NCBI RefSeq assembly: GCF_009936135.1
Contig: NZ_CP047901.1
Coordinates: 631,927 to 695,926, forward strand
From: Candidatus Chazhemtobacterium aquaticus
GTDB lineage: Bacteria > Patescibacteriota > Microgenomatia > UBA1400 > Chazhemtobacteraceae
DNA length: 64,000 nt
Direction of reading: 5' to 3'
Shown here: positions 10,116 through 17,841 of the stretch, piece by piece
Layout: each line of letters begins with the position of its first letter
How positions within the stretch are numbered: position 1 is the stretch's first letter
Translations under genes and position numbers: made by a program
The notes under the pieces: generated by a model
What the model was told of the DNA's origin: nothing
Seen by the model: only the letters and a program-made list of their open reading frames with translations
The model's database searches: none

Positions 10116-10652
10116 ATGCAACCCACCAACAAACCCATCAATCCCAAGATCCAAAGCTTTCTTGAGTCTCTCCGTCAGCGATCCCAAACTCCCAAGTCCA
10201 GTACTGAAACAAACAAGCCTCGCTTCCCGGCTTACGAGAACTATCAAGAAAAACAAAGACTCGAACAACTTCGCAAACAAGAGTTCTTTCGCTCTCGTAG
10301 TCGCGAGTTCAAAGAAGTCTACTCGCTCAACAAACGTCAGGAACAAGAGCGCATCAATCAGATCATTGTCGAACTTCACTCACTTGCCAAGTCCATCAAA
10401 AATCTAAAAAAAGAAGTTGATGTAGCCGTTCAACAAACACCCATCGAGGCCAGTCAATACCAATTCTCTTTCCTAGAACACCTCAAAAAAACTCTAAAAC
10501 TCCTAAGAGAAGATGTTGAGTCAGCCTCATCCTGGCTCCACTTATTCAACTCTCGTCGCCAGCAACAAAGTTTCTACTGGTCTATGGCCAAATCAAAAGG
10601 CACCAAATTTACCCTCTCTGAGGAACGCTCAATCTCTACTAGTATTGGATAA
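10116..10652 (+). CDS. Hypothetical charged/coiled-coil protein
   Basis: 178 aa ORF rich in K/R/E/Q with predicted coiled coil. I see no recognisable motif. Confidence 0.45.
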   Translation: MQPTNKPINPKIQSFLESLRQRSQTPKSSTETNKPRFPAYENYQEKQRLEQLRKQEFFRSRSREFKEVYSLNKRQEQERINQIIVELHSLAKSIKNLKKEVDVAVQQTPIEASQYQFSFLEHLKKTLKLLREDVESASSWLHLFNSRRQQQSFYWSMAKSKGTKFTLSEERSISTSIG

Positions 10653-10657
10653 CTTTG

Positions 10658-10731
10658 TGGACCCGCCTGGAATCGAACCAGGGACCTCTGCAATGTCAAT
10701 GCAGCGCTCTAACCGACTGAGCTACGAGTCC
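10658..10731 (-). tRNA. tRNA-Val (anticodon GAC)
   Basis: Reverse complement GGACTCGTAGCTCAGTCGGTTAGAGCGCTGCATTGACATTGCAGAGGTCCCTGGTTCGATTCCAGGCGGGTCCA, 74 nt, anticodon loop TTGACAT. Confidence 0.9.
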
Positions 10732-10771
10732 AGCATATATAATTCTACCAAATAGCCTCCGATATCACCAC

Positions 10772-11470
10772 ATGAACGGTATTCTTCTCCTCAACAAACC
10801 AACCGGTCTCTCTACCTTTGACTTAATTAGAGTATTTAAAAAAGCAATCAAGCCTGACTTCAAGGTGGGGCATGCCGGTACATTGGATGTATTTGCCAAC
10901 GGTCTAAGCATCCTTCTACTTGGCTCAGCTACGAAAAACTTTAGTCTTTTCCAGACACTACCCAAAACCTACCTTGCCACTGCGCGACTGGGTTACTCAT
11001 CTCCTACCCTGGACATTGAAGGCGATCTTACTCCCCAAACCAATCCGCCATCAGTTGGTAGGGAAAAAATAGAAATATTGTTTAACAACTTTCCTCGTCA
11101 GTACCATCAATCAGTCCCGGCTTACTCAGCCGCCAAACATCAAGGTCAACCACTCTATCGCCATGCTCGAAAAGGTAATGCTATTACCAGCAAAACCAAA
11201 CCCGTTACTATTCATCAACTTGATTTAATAACCTATCGTTCACCTTTGGTTACCTTTAACACCAGTGTCTCCTCAGGCACCTATATCCGTCAACTTAGCT
11301 GTGATCTCTTTACCCAGTTAAAACTAGACAGCTTCTTATCATCACTAACCCGAACCCATATCGGTCCTTACCAGCTTAAAGATGCAATTAATCTAGATAC
11401 TCTTTATAATAAAAACTGGCATCAACATTTAATTACCAAATATGACCCACAAAATCAAATACAACAATGA
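10772..11470 (+). CDS. truB: tRNA pseudouridine(55) synthase TruB
   Basis: N-terminus GILLLNKPTGLSTFDLIRVFKK...GHAGTLD contains the catalytic Asp motif (HAGTLD) of TruB. Confidence 0.85.
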   Translation: MNGILLLNKPTGLSTFDLIRVFKKAIKPDFKVGHAGTLDVFANGLSILLLGSATKNFSLFQTLPKTYLATARLGYSSPTLDIEGDLTPQTNPPSVGREKIEILFNNFPRQYHQSVPAYSAAKHQGQPLYRHARKGNAITSKTKPVTIHQLDLITYRSPLVTFNTSVSSGTYIRQLSCDLFTQLKLDSFLSSLTRTHIGPYQLKDAINLDTLYNKNWHQHLITKYDPQNQIQQ

Positions 11471-11547
11471 CAGCCTAGAGCTTCTTGGTCGAGGCATCCT
11501 TTGGTTTTTTGGTTTCATGTTTATCCTACCCATTCCCTGGGTAATCA

Positions 11548-11835
11548 ATGACCAAATCAGCTACTTCTCCAAAGGCTTTACGGTTACAAGCCAAAAGTCC
11601 AAATAACGTGCGTGTTAACGACGAACAACAACGGCTTTCTTACAACAGAGCTTTTTTCTTGAATCTAGTCGGTGGTATCGGCTGGGCATTAGGTATGACC
11701 GTCGGCTTTGCCCTTTTAGTTTCTCTCATCTCGCTTGTCTTCTCTTACCTTGGCGGTCTACCCTTAATCGGCAACTTCTTCGCCACCATCATCAACCACA
11801 CCCTTACCGCTATTGAAAGCAGACCTAGCCTATAA
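11548..11835 (+). CDS. Hypothetical small membrane protein
   Basis: 95 aa ORF with a C-terminal hydrophobic segment (two transmembrane helices). No recognisable motif. Confidence 0.4.
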   Translation: MTKSATSPKALRLQAKSPNNVRVNDEQQRLSYNRAFFLNLVGGIGWALGMTVGFALLVSLISLVFSYLGGLPLIGNFFATIINHTLTAIESRPSL

Positions 11836-11840
11836 TCACT

Positions 11841-11869
11841 TTGACAAAATTATTAAGCAGATCTAAAAT
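11841..11869 (+). promoter_or_regulatory. Sigma70-type promoter TTGACA-N17-TAAAAT driving the thrS leader
   Basis: Consensus -35 at 11841-11846 and -10 at 11864-11869. The predicted start site coincides with the leader ATG at 11876, giving a leaderless transcript. Confidence 0.55.
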
Positions 11870-11875
11870 CAGCCT

Positions 11876-11920
11876 ATGTCTACCACTACCCGCACCACTA
11901 CTACCATCCTCCCGCTTTAA
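11876..11920 (+). CDS. Thr-rich leader peptide MSTTTRTTTTILPL (attenuator leader of thrS)
   Basis: 14-codon ORF with 8 Thr codons (ACC/ACT), located between the promoter and the terminator hairpin directly upstream of thrS. Confidence 0.6.
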   Translation: MSTTTRTTTTILPL

Positions 11921-11944
11921 TCGGGTTGGTTAGACTGCTTAACT

Positions 11945-11970
11945 AACCTCCCGATAGGGAGGTTTTTTTA
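11945..11970 (+). terminator. Intrinsic terminator/attenuator hairpin AACCTCCC-GATA-GGGAGGTT followed by T7
   Basis: An 8 bp GC-rich stem plus a U-tract, 45 nt upstream of the thrS ATG. A second copy of CCTCCCG lies inside the leader ORF at 11908-11914. Confidence 0.65.
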
Positions 11971-12014
11971 TACCTACAACCAAGCAGCAATATAAAGTAA
12001 TATACAAACAGACC

Positions 12015-13820
12015 ATGTCAAACAATAACTCAAAATTCAATCAGCTCTCACCAGAAGATCAACATCTATATCAAATCCGTCACACCGCCGAACATGTCTT
12101 AACTCAAGCCATGATTAATCTCTATGGACCAGACAAGATCATTATGGCCATGGGTCCAGCTACAGAAGACGGTTTCTACTTCGATTTTGACTCACCTCAA
12201 GACTTTAAACTATCTGAGTCAGATTTCCCCGTCATTGAAAAGGAAATGCAACGCCTTATCGATCTTGACCTTAAGCTTGAATCAATTACCGTCTCGGCTG
12301 ATCAAGCCAGAGACCTGTTTAAAAAAAACCCCTACAAGCAAGACTGGATTACTCAAGCCGAAAGCAACCAGCTACCCATTACCCTCTACTACACTGGTAA
12401 GGACAGCGAAAATGAGTTTGTTGATCTTTGTTCCGGCCCCCATGCCGATAGTACTGGACAGATTGGAGCTTTCAAACTACTTTCGCTAGCTGGCGCCTAC
12501 TGGCATGGTGATTCCAATAACAAAATGCTAACCCGTGTTTATGGCACCGCCTTTTCATCTCAAGAAGAACTAGAACAGTTCATCGAAAAACGTCAGGAAG
12601 CTGAAAAACGAGACCATCGAAAGTTAGGGCTTAAATTTGATCTCTTCACCTTCTCCGATCTTATCGGCCCAGGTTTTCCCCTGTACACCCCCAAGGGCTG
12701 CCTACTTCGTCAACTCATTAATGGATATGTTGAACAACTCCAAACTCAACAAGACTACCAACAAGTCTGGACTCCCCAGGTAGCCAAAGCCGAGCTGTTC
12801 GAAACCTCTGGACACTACGACAAATACAAAGACGACATGTTTACCATTCACTCTCACTACAGCGACGATGAGCTGTTCTTAAAACCAATGAACTGTCCTC
12901 AACACACCCAAATCTTTGCTAGCAAACCCAGAAGCTATCGTGACCTACCCATTCGTTACACCGACTTCGCCATGCTCTATCGTGACGAAAAACCAGGAGA
13001 GCTCTCAGGGCTAGCCCGAGTTAGAGCTTTCTCCCAAGACGACTGCCATGTTTTTTGCAGCGAAGAACAGGTCGATGACGAAGTAGATGTCATGCTTTCC
13101 ATGACTAAAGAGGTCATGCGCACCTTCGGACTTAAATATCGCTACCGTCTTTCCACCAGAGACCCAAACACCCCAGAAAAATACTTAGGTGATCCCAAAA
13201 TCTGGGACAAAGTAGAAAAATGGGCCGTCAAAATCATGGAAAGAAACCACATCGAATACTACGATGGAGTAGGGGAGGCCGCCTTTTATGCTCCTAAAAT
13301 GGACTTAATGGCTACCGATGCCTTAGGTCGAGAGTGGCAACTTTCCACCGTTCAGATTGACTATGTTCAACCACAGCGTTTTGGTCTTAAATACACCGCC
13401 GCTGACGGTAGTGATCAAACCCCAATCATGGTTCATAGAGCCATCATTGGCTCCTTCGAGCGCTTCCTTATGATTCTAATCGAGCACTTCTCAGGCGCTT
13501 TCCCAGTCTGGCTCTCACCAGTTCAGGTAGCTGTCCTACCCGTTTCTGACAAGTCCAATGACTATGCCCAAGAAGTCTTCTATGAGCTTAAGAACAACGG
13601 TATAAGGGTCGAGTTTGACCAATCCGACCAATCATTGGGCAAAAAAATCAGAAATGCTGAGGATCAAAAATACCCCTACATGGTTATAGTCGGTGAAAAA
13701 GAAGCCAAAGATAGCACTATCTCTGTTCGCCAAAGAGGTGAACAAGACCTGGGTAGTATGGATCTGACTCATTTTTTGTCCCTCTTGAAGGAAAAAATTG
13801 AATCTAAAGCTTTAAATTGA
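12015..13820 (+). CDS. thrS: Threonyl-tRNA synthetase (lacks the N-terminal TGS domain; editing, catalytic and anticodon-binding domains present)
   Basis: 601 aa. The N-terminus aligns with the ThrRS editing domain (HTAEHVLTQAM), and class II motifs and the zinc site (CPQH) are present. Followed by infC-rpmI-rplT as in the classic operon. Confidence 0.9.
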   Translation: MSNNNSKFNQLSPEDQHLYQIRHTAEHVLTQAMINLYGPDKIIMAMGPATEDGFYFDFDSPQDFKLSESDFPVIEKEMQRLIDLDLKLESITVSADQARDLFKKNPYKQDWITQAESNQLPITLYYTGKDSENEFVDLCSGPHADSTGQIGAFKLLSLAGAYWHGDSNNKMLTRVYGTAFSSQEELEQFIEKRQEAEKRDHRKLGLKFDLFTFSDLIGPGFPLYTPKGCLLRQLINGYVEQLQTQQDYQQVWTPQVAKAELFETSGHYDKYKDDMFTIHSHYSDDELFLKPMNCPQHTQIFASKPRSYRDLPIRYTDFAMLYRDEKPGELSGLARVRAFSQDDCHVFCSEEQVDDEVDVMLSMTKEVMRTFGLKYRYRLSTRDPNTPEKYLGDPKIWDKVEKWAVKIMERNHIEYYDGVGEAAFYAPKMDLMATDALGREWQLSTVQIDYVQPQRFGLKYTAADGSDQTPIMVHRAIIGSFERFLMILIEHFSGAFPVWLSPVQVAVLPVSDKSNDYAQEVFYELKNNGIRVEFDQSDQSLGKKIRNAEDQKYPYMVIVGEKEAKDSTISVRQRGEQDLGSMDLTHFLSLLKEKIESKALN

Positions 13821-13859
13821 TAAAATTAAAGCCTCAAGTTACCAATCACCGTCAAAACC

Positions 13860-14399
13860 ATTAATAAACATTACTCCATAAACCAGTACATTAGAGCCGA
13901 GCAATTGCGCGTTATCAAAGATGGGGGAGAACAACTAGGTGTCATGTCCAGAGACAAGGCCCTAGCTCTCGCCAGGGAACAAGGACTGGATTTAATCCTA
14001 GTTGCCGAAAAAGCCAATCCACCAGTTGCCAAAATCATCGACTTTAGCAAGTTCAAGTACCAGCAATCAAAAAAAACCAAGTCTGGTACCACCAAAACCA
14101 AAGCCACCAATGTCAAAGAAGTCCGTTTCACCCCTTTCATGGCCGAAAACGACTTCAACACCCGTCTTGAACGAGCCAGGGAATTTCTAGCCGATGGTCA
14201 CAAAGTCAAACTCGTGGTAAAATTCACCGGGCGTCAGATCACCCGTAAAGAGTTTGGTATCTCGCAGATGGACAAGGCTGTCCAAAGCCTATCCGATATC
14301 GCCAAACTAGAACAAGATCCCAAATGGCTCGGCAAACTATACGTCGGTCAAATTAAACCAACTAAACAAATTAAGAAAGATGAACAAGACCAAAACTAA
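13860..14399 (+). CDS. infC: Translation initiation factor IF-3; probable non-AUG (ATT at 13860 or ATA at 13878) start
   Basis: The reading frame is open from 13830. The stretch INQYIRAEQLRVIKDGGEQLGVMS aligns with E. coli IF3 [24 protein letters not shown] upstream of the TTG chosen by the ORF track (13905). The only in-frame candidate starts are ATT or ATA. Confidence 0.85.
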   Translation: MNKHYSINQYIRAEQLRVIKDGGEQLGVMSRDKALALAREQGLDLILVAEKANPPVAKIIDFSKFKYQQSKKTKSGTTKTKATNVKEVRFTPFMAENDFNTRLERAREFLADGHKVKLVVKFTGRQITRKEFGISQMDKAVQSLSDIAKLEQDPKWLGKLYVGQIKPTKQIKKDEQDQN

Positions 14400-14580
14400 G
14401 ACCAGACAAATTGTCGCCAAACGGTTCAAAATTACTGCTACCGGCAAAGTTCTACGACGCACTCCCAACATGCGTCACTTACGTCGTCGTAAGAGTGCCA
14501 AACAAATTCGTCGCTACCGCAACTATGTCGAGGTAAAAGGCGTCTTTGCTAAAAAAATTAAAAGAATGTTAGGAATCTAA
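14380..14580 (+). CDS. rpmI: 50S ribosomal protein L35
   Basis: 66 aa basic protein (KTRQIVAKRFKITATGKVLRR...RHLRRRK) in the conserved position between infC and rplT. Confidence 0.85.
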   Translation: MNKTKTKTRQIVAKRFKITATGKVLRRTPNMRHLRRRKSAKQIRRYRNYVEVKGVFAKKIKRMLGI

Positions 14581-14581
14581 T

Positions 14582-14932
14582 ATGCCACGCGTCTCAACTG
14601 GACCCTACCGCCGTCGTAAACATAAAAAAGTGCTCAAAGCCACCAAGGGCTTCCGCATGTCATACAACCGCCTTATCAAAAGAGCTAAAGAAGCCCTTCT
14701 TCATGCTGGTGAGTATGCCTATGCTGGCCGCAAGCAAAAAAAGCGCCAGTTCCGCACCCTCTGGATCAAGCGTATCAATGGCGGACTAGCAAGCATTGAA
14801 GATGCCCCCAGCTACAGCCAGTTTATCGGCAACCTCTCCAAGAAAAACATCAAGCTAAATCGCAAGATCTTAGCTCTACTAGCTGTCAAGCAACCATCAG
14901 TTTTCTCCCAGATCGTCAAACAGACGAAATAA
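14582..14932 (+). CDS. rplT: 50S ribosomal protein L20
   Basis: MPRVSTGPYRRRKHKKVLKATKGFRMSYNRLIKRAKEALLHAGEYAYAGRKQKKRQFRTLWIKRINGG is an unmistakable L20 sequence. Confidence 0.95.
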   Translation: MPRVSTGPYRRRKHKKVLKATKGFRMSYNRLIKRAKEALLHAGEYAYAGRKQKKRQFRTLWIKRINGGLASIEDAPSYSQFIGNLSKKNIKLNRKILALLAVKQPSVFSQIVKQTK

Positions 14933-14944
14933 CCCCTTTCTCTT

Positions 14945-14973
14945 GATTCCCCTTATTGAATAACCTATAATAC
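14945..14973 (+). promoter_or_regulatory. Consensus promoter TTGATT-N17-TATAAT
   Basis: -35 at 14945-14950, 17 nt spacer, -10 at 14968-14973, located upstream of the small gene at 15009. Confidence 0.5.
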
Positions 14974-15008
14974 TCAACACTCGTTCATTTGAGTAAGGAG
15001 ACTTACCT

Positions 15009-15227
15009 GTGGCTCGTAAAGGTTTTGTAATTGTAATAACCAGCAAAACTGACCCTGCCAAGCCAGATATGTCCTCGCACAACAGCAAGCTTGCTGAGGC
15101 AACGGAAGGTCACAAGATTGTGTCATTCTCAACCACTCAGCAGGTCGAAGTCGTGACCATGACCGGGTCCGGGATGCCCTACAAGGATGAGGTGCTCATC
15201 ATCACCACAACTCTCCATCTCGAATAG
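15009..15227 (+). CDS. Hypothetical 72 aa protein (GTG start) with a strong SD. Its GC content and codon usage are atypical and it could instead be part of an RNA element
   Basis: AAGGAG at 14994-14999 sits 9 nt upstream of the GTG, the only strong SD seen in this region. The ORF is flanked by its own promoter and a terminator. G-ending codons (AAG, CAG, GAG, GTG, GGG) contrast with the A/T-ending usage in neighbouring genes. Confidence 0.4.
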   Translation: MARKGFVIVITSKTDPAKPDMSSHNSKLAEATEGHKIVSFSTTQQVEVVTMTGSGMPYKDEVLIITTTLHLE

Positions 15228-15260
15228 GCATCACCACACCGCCGAGTCTCTCAACCCAGG

Positions 15261-15292
15261 GACGTCCTTAAACAAGACGTCCCGTCTTTTTT
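15261..15292. terminator. Intrinsic terminator GGGACGTC-CTTAAACAA-GACGTCCC followed by a T-tract; probably bidirectional
   Basis: Perfect 8 bp inverted repeat followed by GTCTTTTTTC. It sits between the convergent ORFs 15009-15227 (+) and 15302-15919 (-). Confidence 0.7.
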
Positions 15293-15301
15293 CTACTTTA
15301 T

Positions 15302-15919
15302 CTAATTACATCCAAACTGCTGTTCACAAGCAGTTTTTGCTTCACCGTCTAGCGATCCACACATAGCACACTGCTGGATCTTGACATCATCCATCATTGC
15401 CCCCAGATCTCTAAACTCAACATTACTAGGAGGAGTGAACTTAGACTGATCAGCTACCCATGGCTCACACTGATAGTTCATCTCTTCGTCCAATTTTGCA
15501 TAATCACTTGTTACTGGTGCTCCTTCAGTTTCCTGATCAACCTCATCAACTCGCTTCATTTTCAAACCCCCCTCCATCATCGAACCCCACACATAGCTAT
15601 ACTCGTCTCCGGTAATCACACTCCCGCTAAAATCTTCACCCTCAGCCGTCCTCACCGTGTAATCACTTCTACTCTTGCCTCCCGCAATATACACCTGACC
15701 TTCAGTCGCTCCTGTCTCATCCTCGTAAGAATAGGTACACTTCATCTCATCTCCCAAAGCCATTAGCCCAAGCAGTGTCTTAGGCATCGATTCTTCTCCA
15801 GCTCCATCCTGACTCACCTCTATGTTATCAGCCCTTCCTCCCAGCACCTGGTAACCCAGGATTGCCAAAATCACTATACCCAATAACCCAATCACCGCAG
15901 TCATGTTTTTATTTTTCAT
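15302..15919 (-). CDS. Hypothetical secreted or membrane-anchored acidic protein with 8 Cys
   Basis: N-terminal signal anchor (MKNKNMTAVIGLLGIVILAILGY), an acidic body, and Cys pairs near the C-terminus (QQCAMCGS...CEQQFGCN). Confidence 0.5.
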   Translation of the reverse strand: MKNKNMTAVIGLLGIVILAILGYQVLGGRADNIEVSQDGAGEESMPKTLLGLMALGDEMKCTYSYEDETGATEGQVYIAGGKSRSDYTVRTAEGEDFSGSVITGDEYSYVWGSMMEGGLKMKRVDEVDQETEGAPVTSDYAKLDEEMNYQCEPWVADQSKFTPPSNVEFRDLGAMMDDVKIQQCAMCGSLDGEAKTACEQQFGCN

Positions 15920-15992
15920 AACTTGATCCTATAAACAAAACAAACACTCGTCAAGCTCAAGTTTACTGCCATATCAAGCTTAAACAAAAAAA

Positions 15993-17345
15993 CTAGCTCT
16001 TCCAGACTGGCTTAATCTTCTTATCTGTAATCCCAACCACTCTGCCACCCACTGCCTCAATTAACTCCCGATCATGAGTAATCAGCAAAACCGAACCCTC
16101 AAACTCTTTCAAAAAATTTTCTAATGCCACAATTGATTTAATATCCAAGTGGTTAGTCGGCTCATCCAGAATCAACAAATCAGGCTTTCTGTACAAAAAC
16201 AAAGCCAGTTGCAGTCTTGCTTTCTGTCCACCTGATAACAAACCAACACGCGTTTTCATTGTTTGCTTGCTAAACAAAAACTGACGCAACACTGCCTCCA
16301 CCTCATACTCATACATGGGATAGCTATCCATAAACAGCTGCAAAGCTGATTTCTGTTCATCTAAAGCCTCAAAGTGTTCCTGGGCGTAATAGCCGACCTT
16401 AAGGCCCACTCCCACCTTAGCTACTCCCTCATCAGGTAACATATCTCCCAGTAACAATCTAATCAATGTTGTCTTACCCGATCCATTTGGAGCCACCATT
16501 AACACTTTCTCATCCACAAACATGTGAAGGTTAGCCCCTTTAAATACCAGGTCGTTACCATAACTAAAACTCATATCCTTCACCAATACCGCTGTTTTAC
16601 CCTTAATTCGTTTACCCTCAATCCTTGACTTAATAGTAATCGTCTCCCTCCGCTCCGCCGGATTTTTAATCATACCAGCTCTATGCCTCTCCAGTCGGCT
16701 CATCATTGCTCGCAAACCAGAAGGCTTCACCTTACCCTGAGCCAACCTTAATCTAAAGTCCTTGACCAACTGAATTAATCTTTTTTCCTCAGCTAGCTGT
16801 AGTGCATACAGCCTCTCCAGACTTACCTGCTCATTTTCATATACCTTCTCATATTGAGCATAACCAAAGGGAAAGGTTCTAACTTTCCTATCCTCAATCA
16901 TCCATACATACTTAGTGGTTTTGGCTAAAAAATCCCGATCGTGTGAGATCATAATCACCAAACCAGAAAAATGACTTAATGCCTCAATCAGCCAATCCTT
17001 TCCCTCGAAATCAAGATGGTTATCTGGCTCATCGAGTAGTAAAACGTCATATCCACCTCCATAAATCAACTCTGCTAGTTTTTCAATCTTTTTCTGTCCT
17101 CCTGACAATCTATCCCTGCCCACTATCTCCTGGGGCATGTATCCCACTCTTACTCCAACATTCCAATCAAACTTACCCTCATACTGATCCTCGACTCCAG
17201 CCAAAATCTTTAAAAAGGTTGATTTACCTGATCCGTTATCACCAATCAATCCCACCACCCCAACACCCCGAAACGAAAAACTTATTTCGTCTAACAACGG
17301 TTGGTTGTAATGTTTGCTGATACTTTCGCATTTTAGATTGATCAT
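15993..17345 (-). CDS. ABC-F type ATPase (tandem ABC ATP-binding domains, no membrane domain)
   Basis: Two Walker A motifs (GDNGSGKST and APNGSGKTT), two ABC signature motifs (LSGGQKK and LSGGQKARL) and two Walker B motifs (LLLDEP and LILDEP) in 450 aa. Confidence 0.8.
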   Translation of the reverse strand: MINLKCESISKHYNQPLLDEISFSFRGVGVVGLIGDNGSGKSTFLKILAGVEDQYEGKFDWNVGVRVGYMPQEIVGRDRLSGGQKKIEKLAELIYGGGYDVLLLDEPDNHLDFEGKDWLIEALSHFSGLVIMISHDRDFLAKTTKYVWMIEDRKVRTFPFGYAQYEKVYENEQVSLERLYALQLAEEKRLIQLVKDFRLRLAQGKVKPSGLRAMMSRLERHRAGMIKNPAERRETITIKSRIEGKRIKGKTAVLVKDMSFSYGNDLVFKGANLHMFVDEKVLMVAPNGSGKTTLIRLLLGDMLPDEGVAKVGVGLKVGYYAQEHFEALDEQKSALQLFMDSYPMYEYEVEAVLRQFLFSKQTMKTRVGLLSGGQKARLQLALFLYRKPDLLILDEPTNHLDIKSIVALENFLKEFEGSVLLITHDRELIEAVGGRVVGITDKKIKPVWKS

Positions 17346-17460
17346 ACATGCCTTTTGGATTATACCCCAACCGCACTTGACAATTTATAATGACAAGAAA
17401 TGGGGGTGAAAAAGAGCATTTCTTAAAGTGGCTGGTGCAAGTCCAGACGCCCCCGTATAT

Positions 17461-17682
17461 AAAATGAAAATGAAGATTTATACCACTGGGCAAATAGCCA
17501 AAAAATACCATGTTAACTTAAAACAAATTAGCAACTGGTATAAAAAACTTGTTCGCTCAAAACACATAGTATCTCTAAGAAACCCGGGTACAATCAAGAT
17601 TACAGGTGACCAACACGGTAGATACGGACTTCCCTCAAGTCTAGTCAAACATTTCCCTAATACACCACCCAAAAACTCTTGA
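17461..17682 (+). CDS. Possible small helix-turn-helix protein (low confidence)
   Basis: A 72-84 aa ORF in the ABC-F/pheS divergent intergenic region. The segment TTGQIAKKYHVNLKQISNWYKKL resembles transposase or excisionase-type HTH motifs. No SD, and the ORF could be spurious. Confidence 0.25.
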   Translation, partial: KMKMKIYTTGQIAKKYHVNLKQISNWYKKLVRSKHIVSLRNPGTIKITGDQHGRYGLPSSLVKHFPNTPPKNS

Positions 17683-17706
17683 CATTTCAGTTTGTCGTCA
17701 TATAAT
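17679..17706 (+). promoter_or_regulatory. Consensus promoter TTGACA-N16-TATAAT for the pheST leader
   Basis: -35 at 17679-17684 and -10 at 17701-17706. The leader ATG at 17717 makes the transcript near-leaderless. Confidence 0.6.
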
Positions 17707-17716
17707 CTCTCCCTAC

Positions 17717-17785
17717 ATGACAATCAAAATGTCACACGCGAGAAGCAACCACTCAACCGATCCTATCTTTTTTAATCGGCACTAG
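17717..17785 (+). CDS. pheST leader peptide MTIKMSHARSNHSTDPIFFNRH (tandem Phe codons near the 3' end)
   Basis: 22-codon ORF immediately after the promoter. TTT TTT lies at 17768-17773. The stop codon overlaps a GGGAGG (17785-17790) complementary to the terminator 5' arm. Confidence 0.5.
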   Translation: MTIKMSHARSNHSTDPIFFNRH

Positions 17786-17816
17786 GGAGGTTGCTTTTGG
17801 CGTTTTTAGACCCAAA

Positions 17817-17841
17817 CCTCCCCACAAGGGAGGATTTTTTT
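17817..17841 (+). terminator. Attenuator terminator CCTCCC-CACAA-GGGAGG followed by T7
   Basis: 6 bp GC stem plus a U-tract, 25 nt upstream of the pheS ATG. Upstream GGGAGG at 17785-17790 can pair alternatively with CCTCCC as an antiterminator. Confidence 0.65.

Noticed and set aside
10513-10755. Plus-strand 80 aa ORF spanning the tRNA-Val locus.
   Set aside because: It overlaps a canonical tRNA gene on the opposite strand and the end of the upstream gene, so it is spurious.
14980-15292. RNase P RNA or tmRNA identity for the GC-rich 300 nt unit.
   Set aside because: No GGAAAGUCCGG (CR-I) or ACAGAA-CCCGGCUUA (CR-IV) for RNase P. No tRNA-like 5' GGGG acceptor or 3' GGUUCGA-UCC...CCA end, and no ANDENYALAA-type tag frame, for tmRNA.
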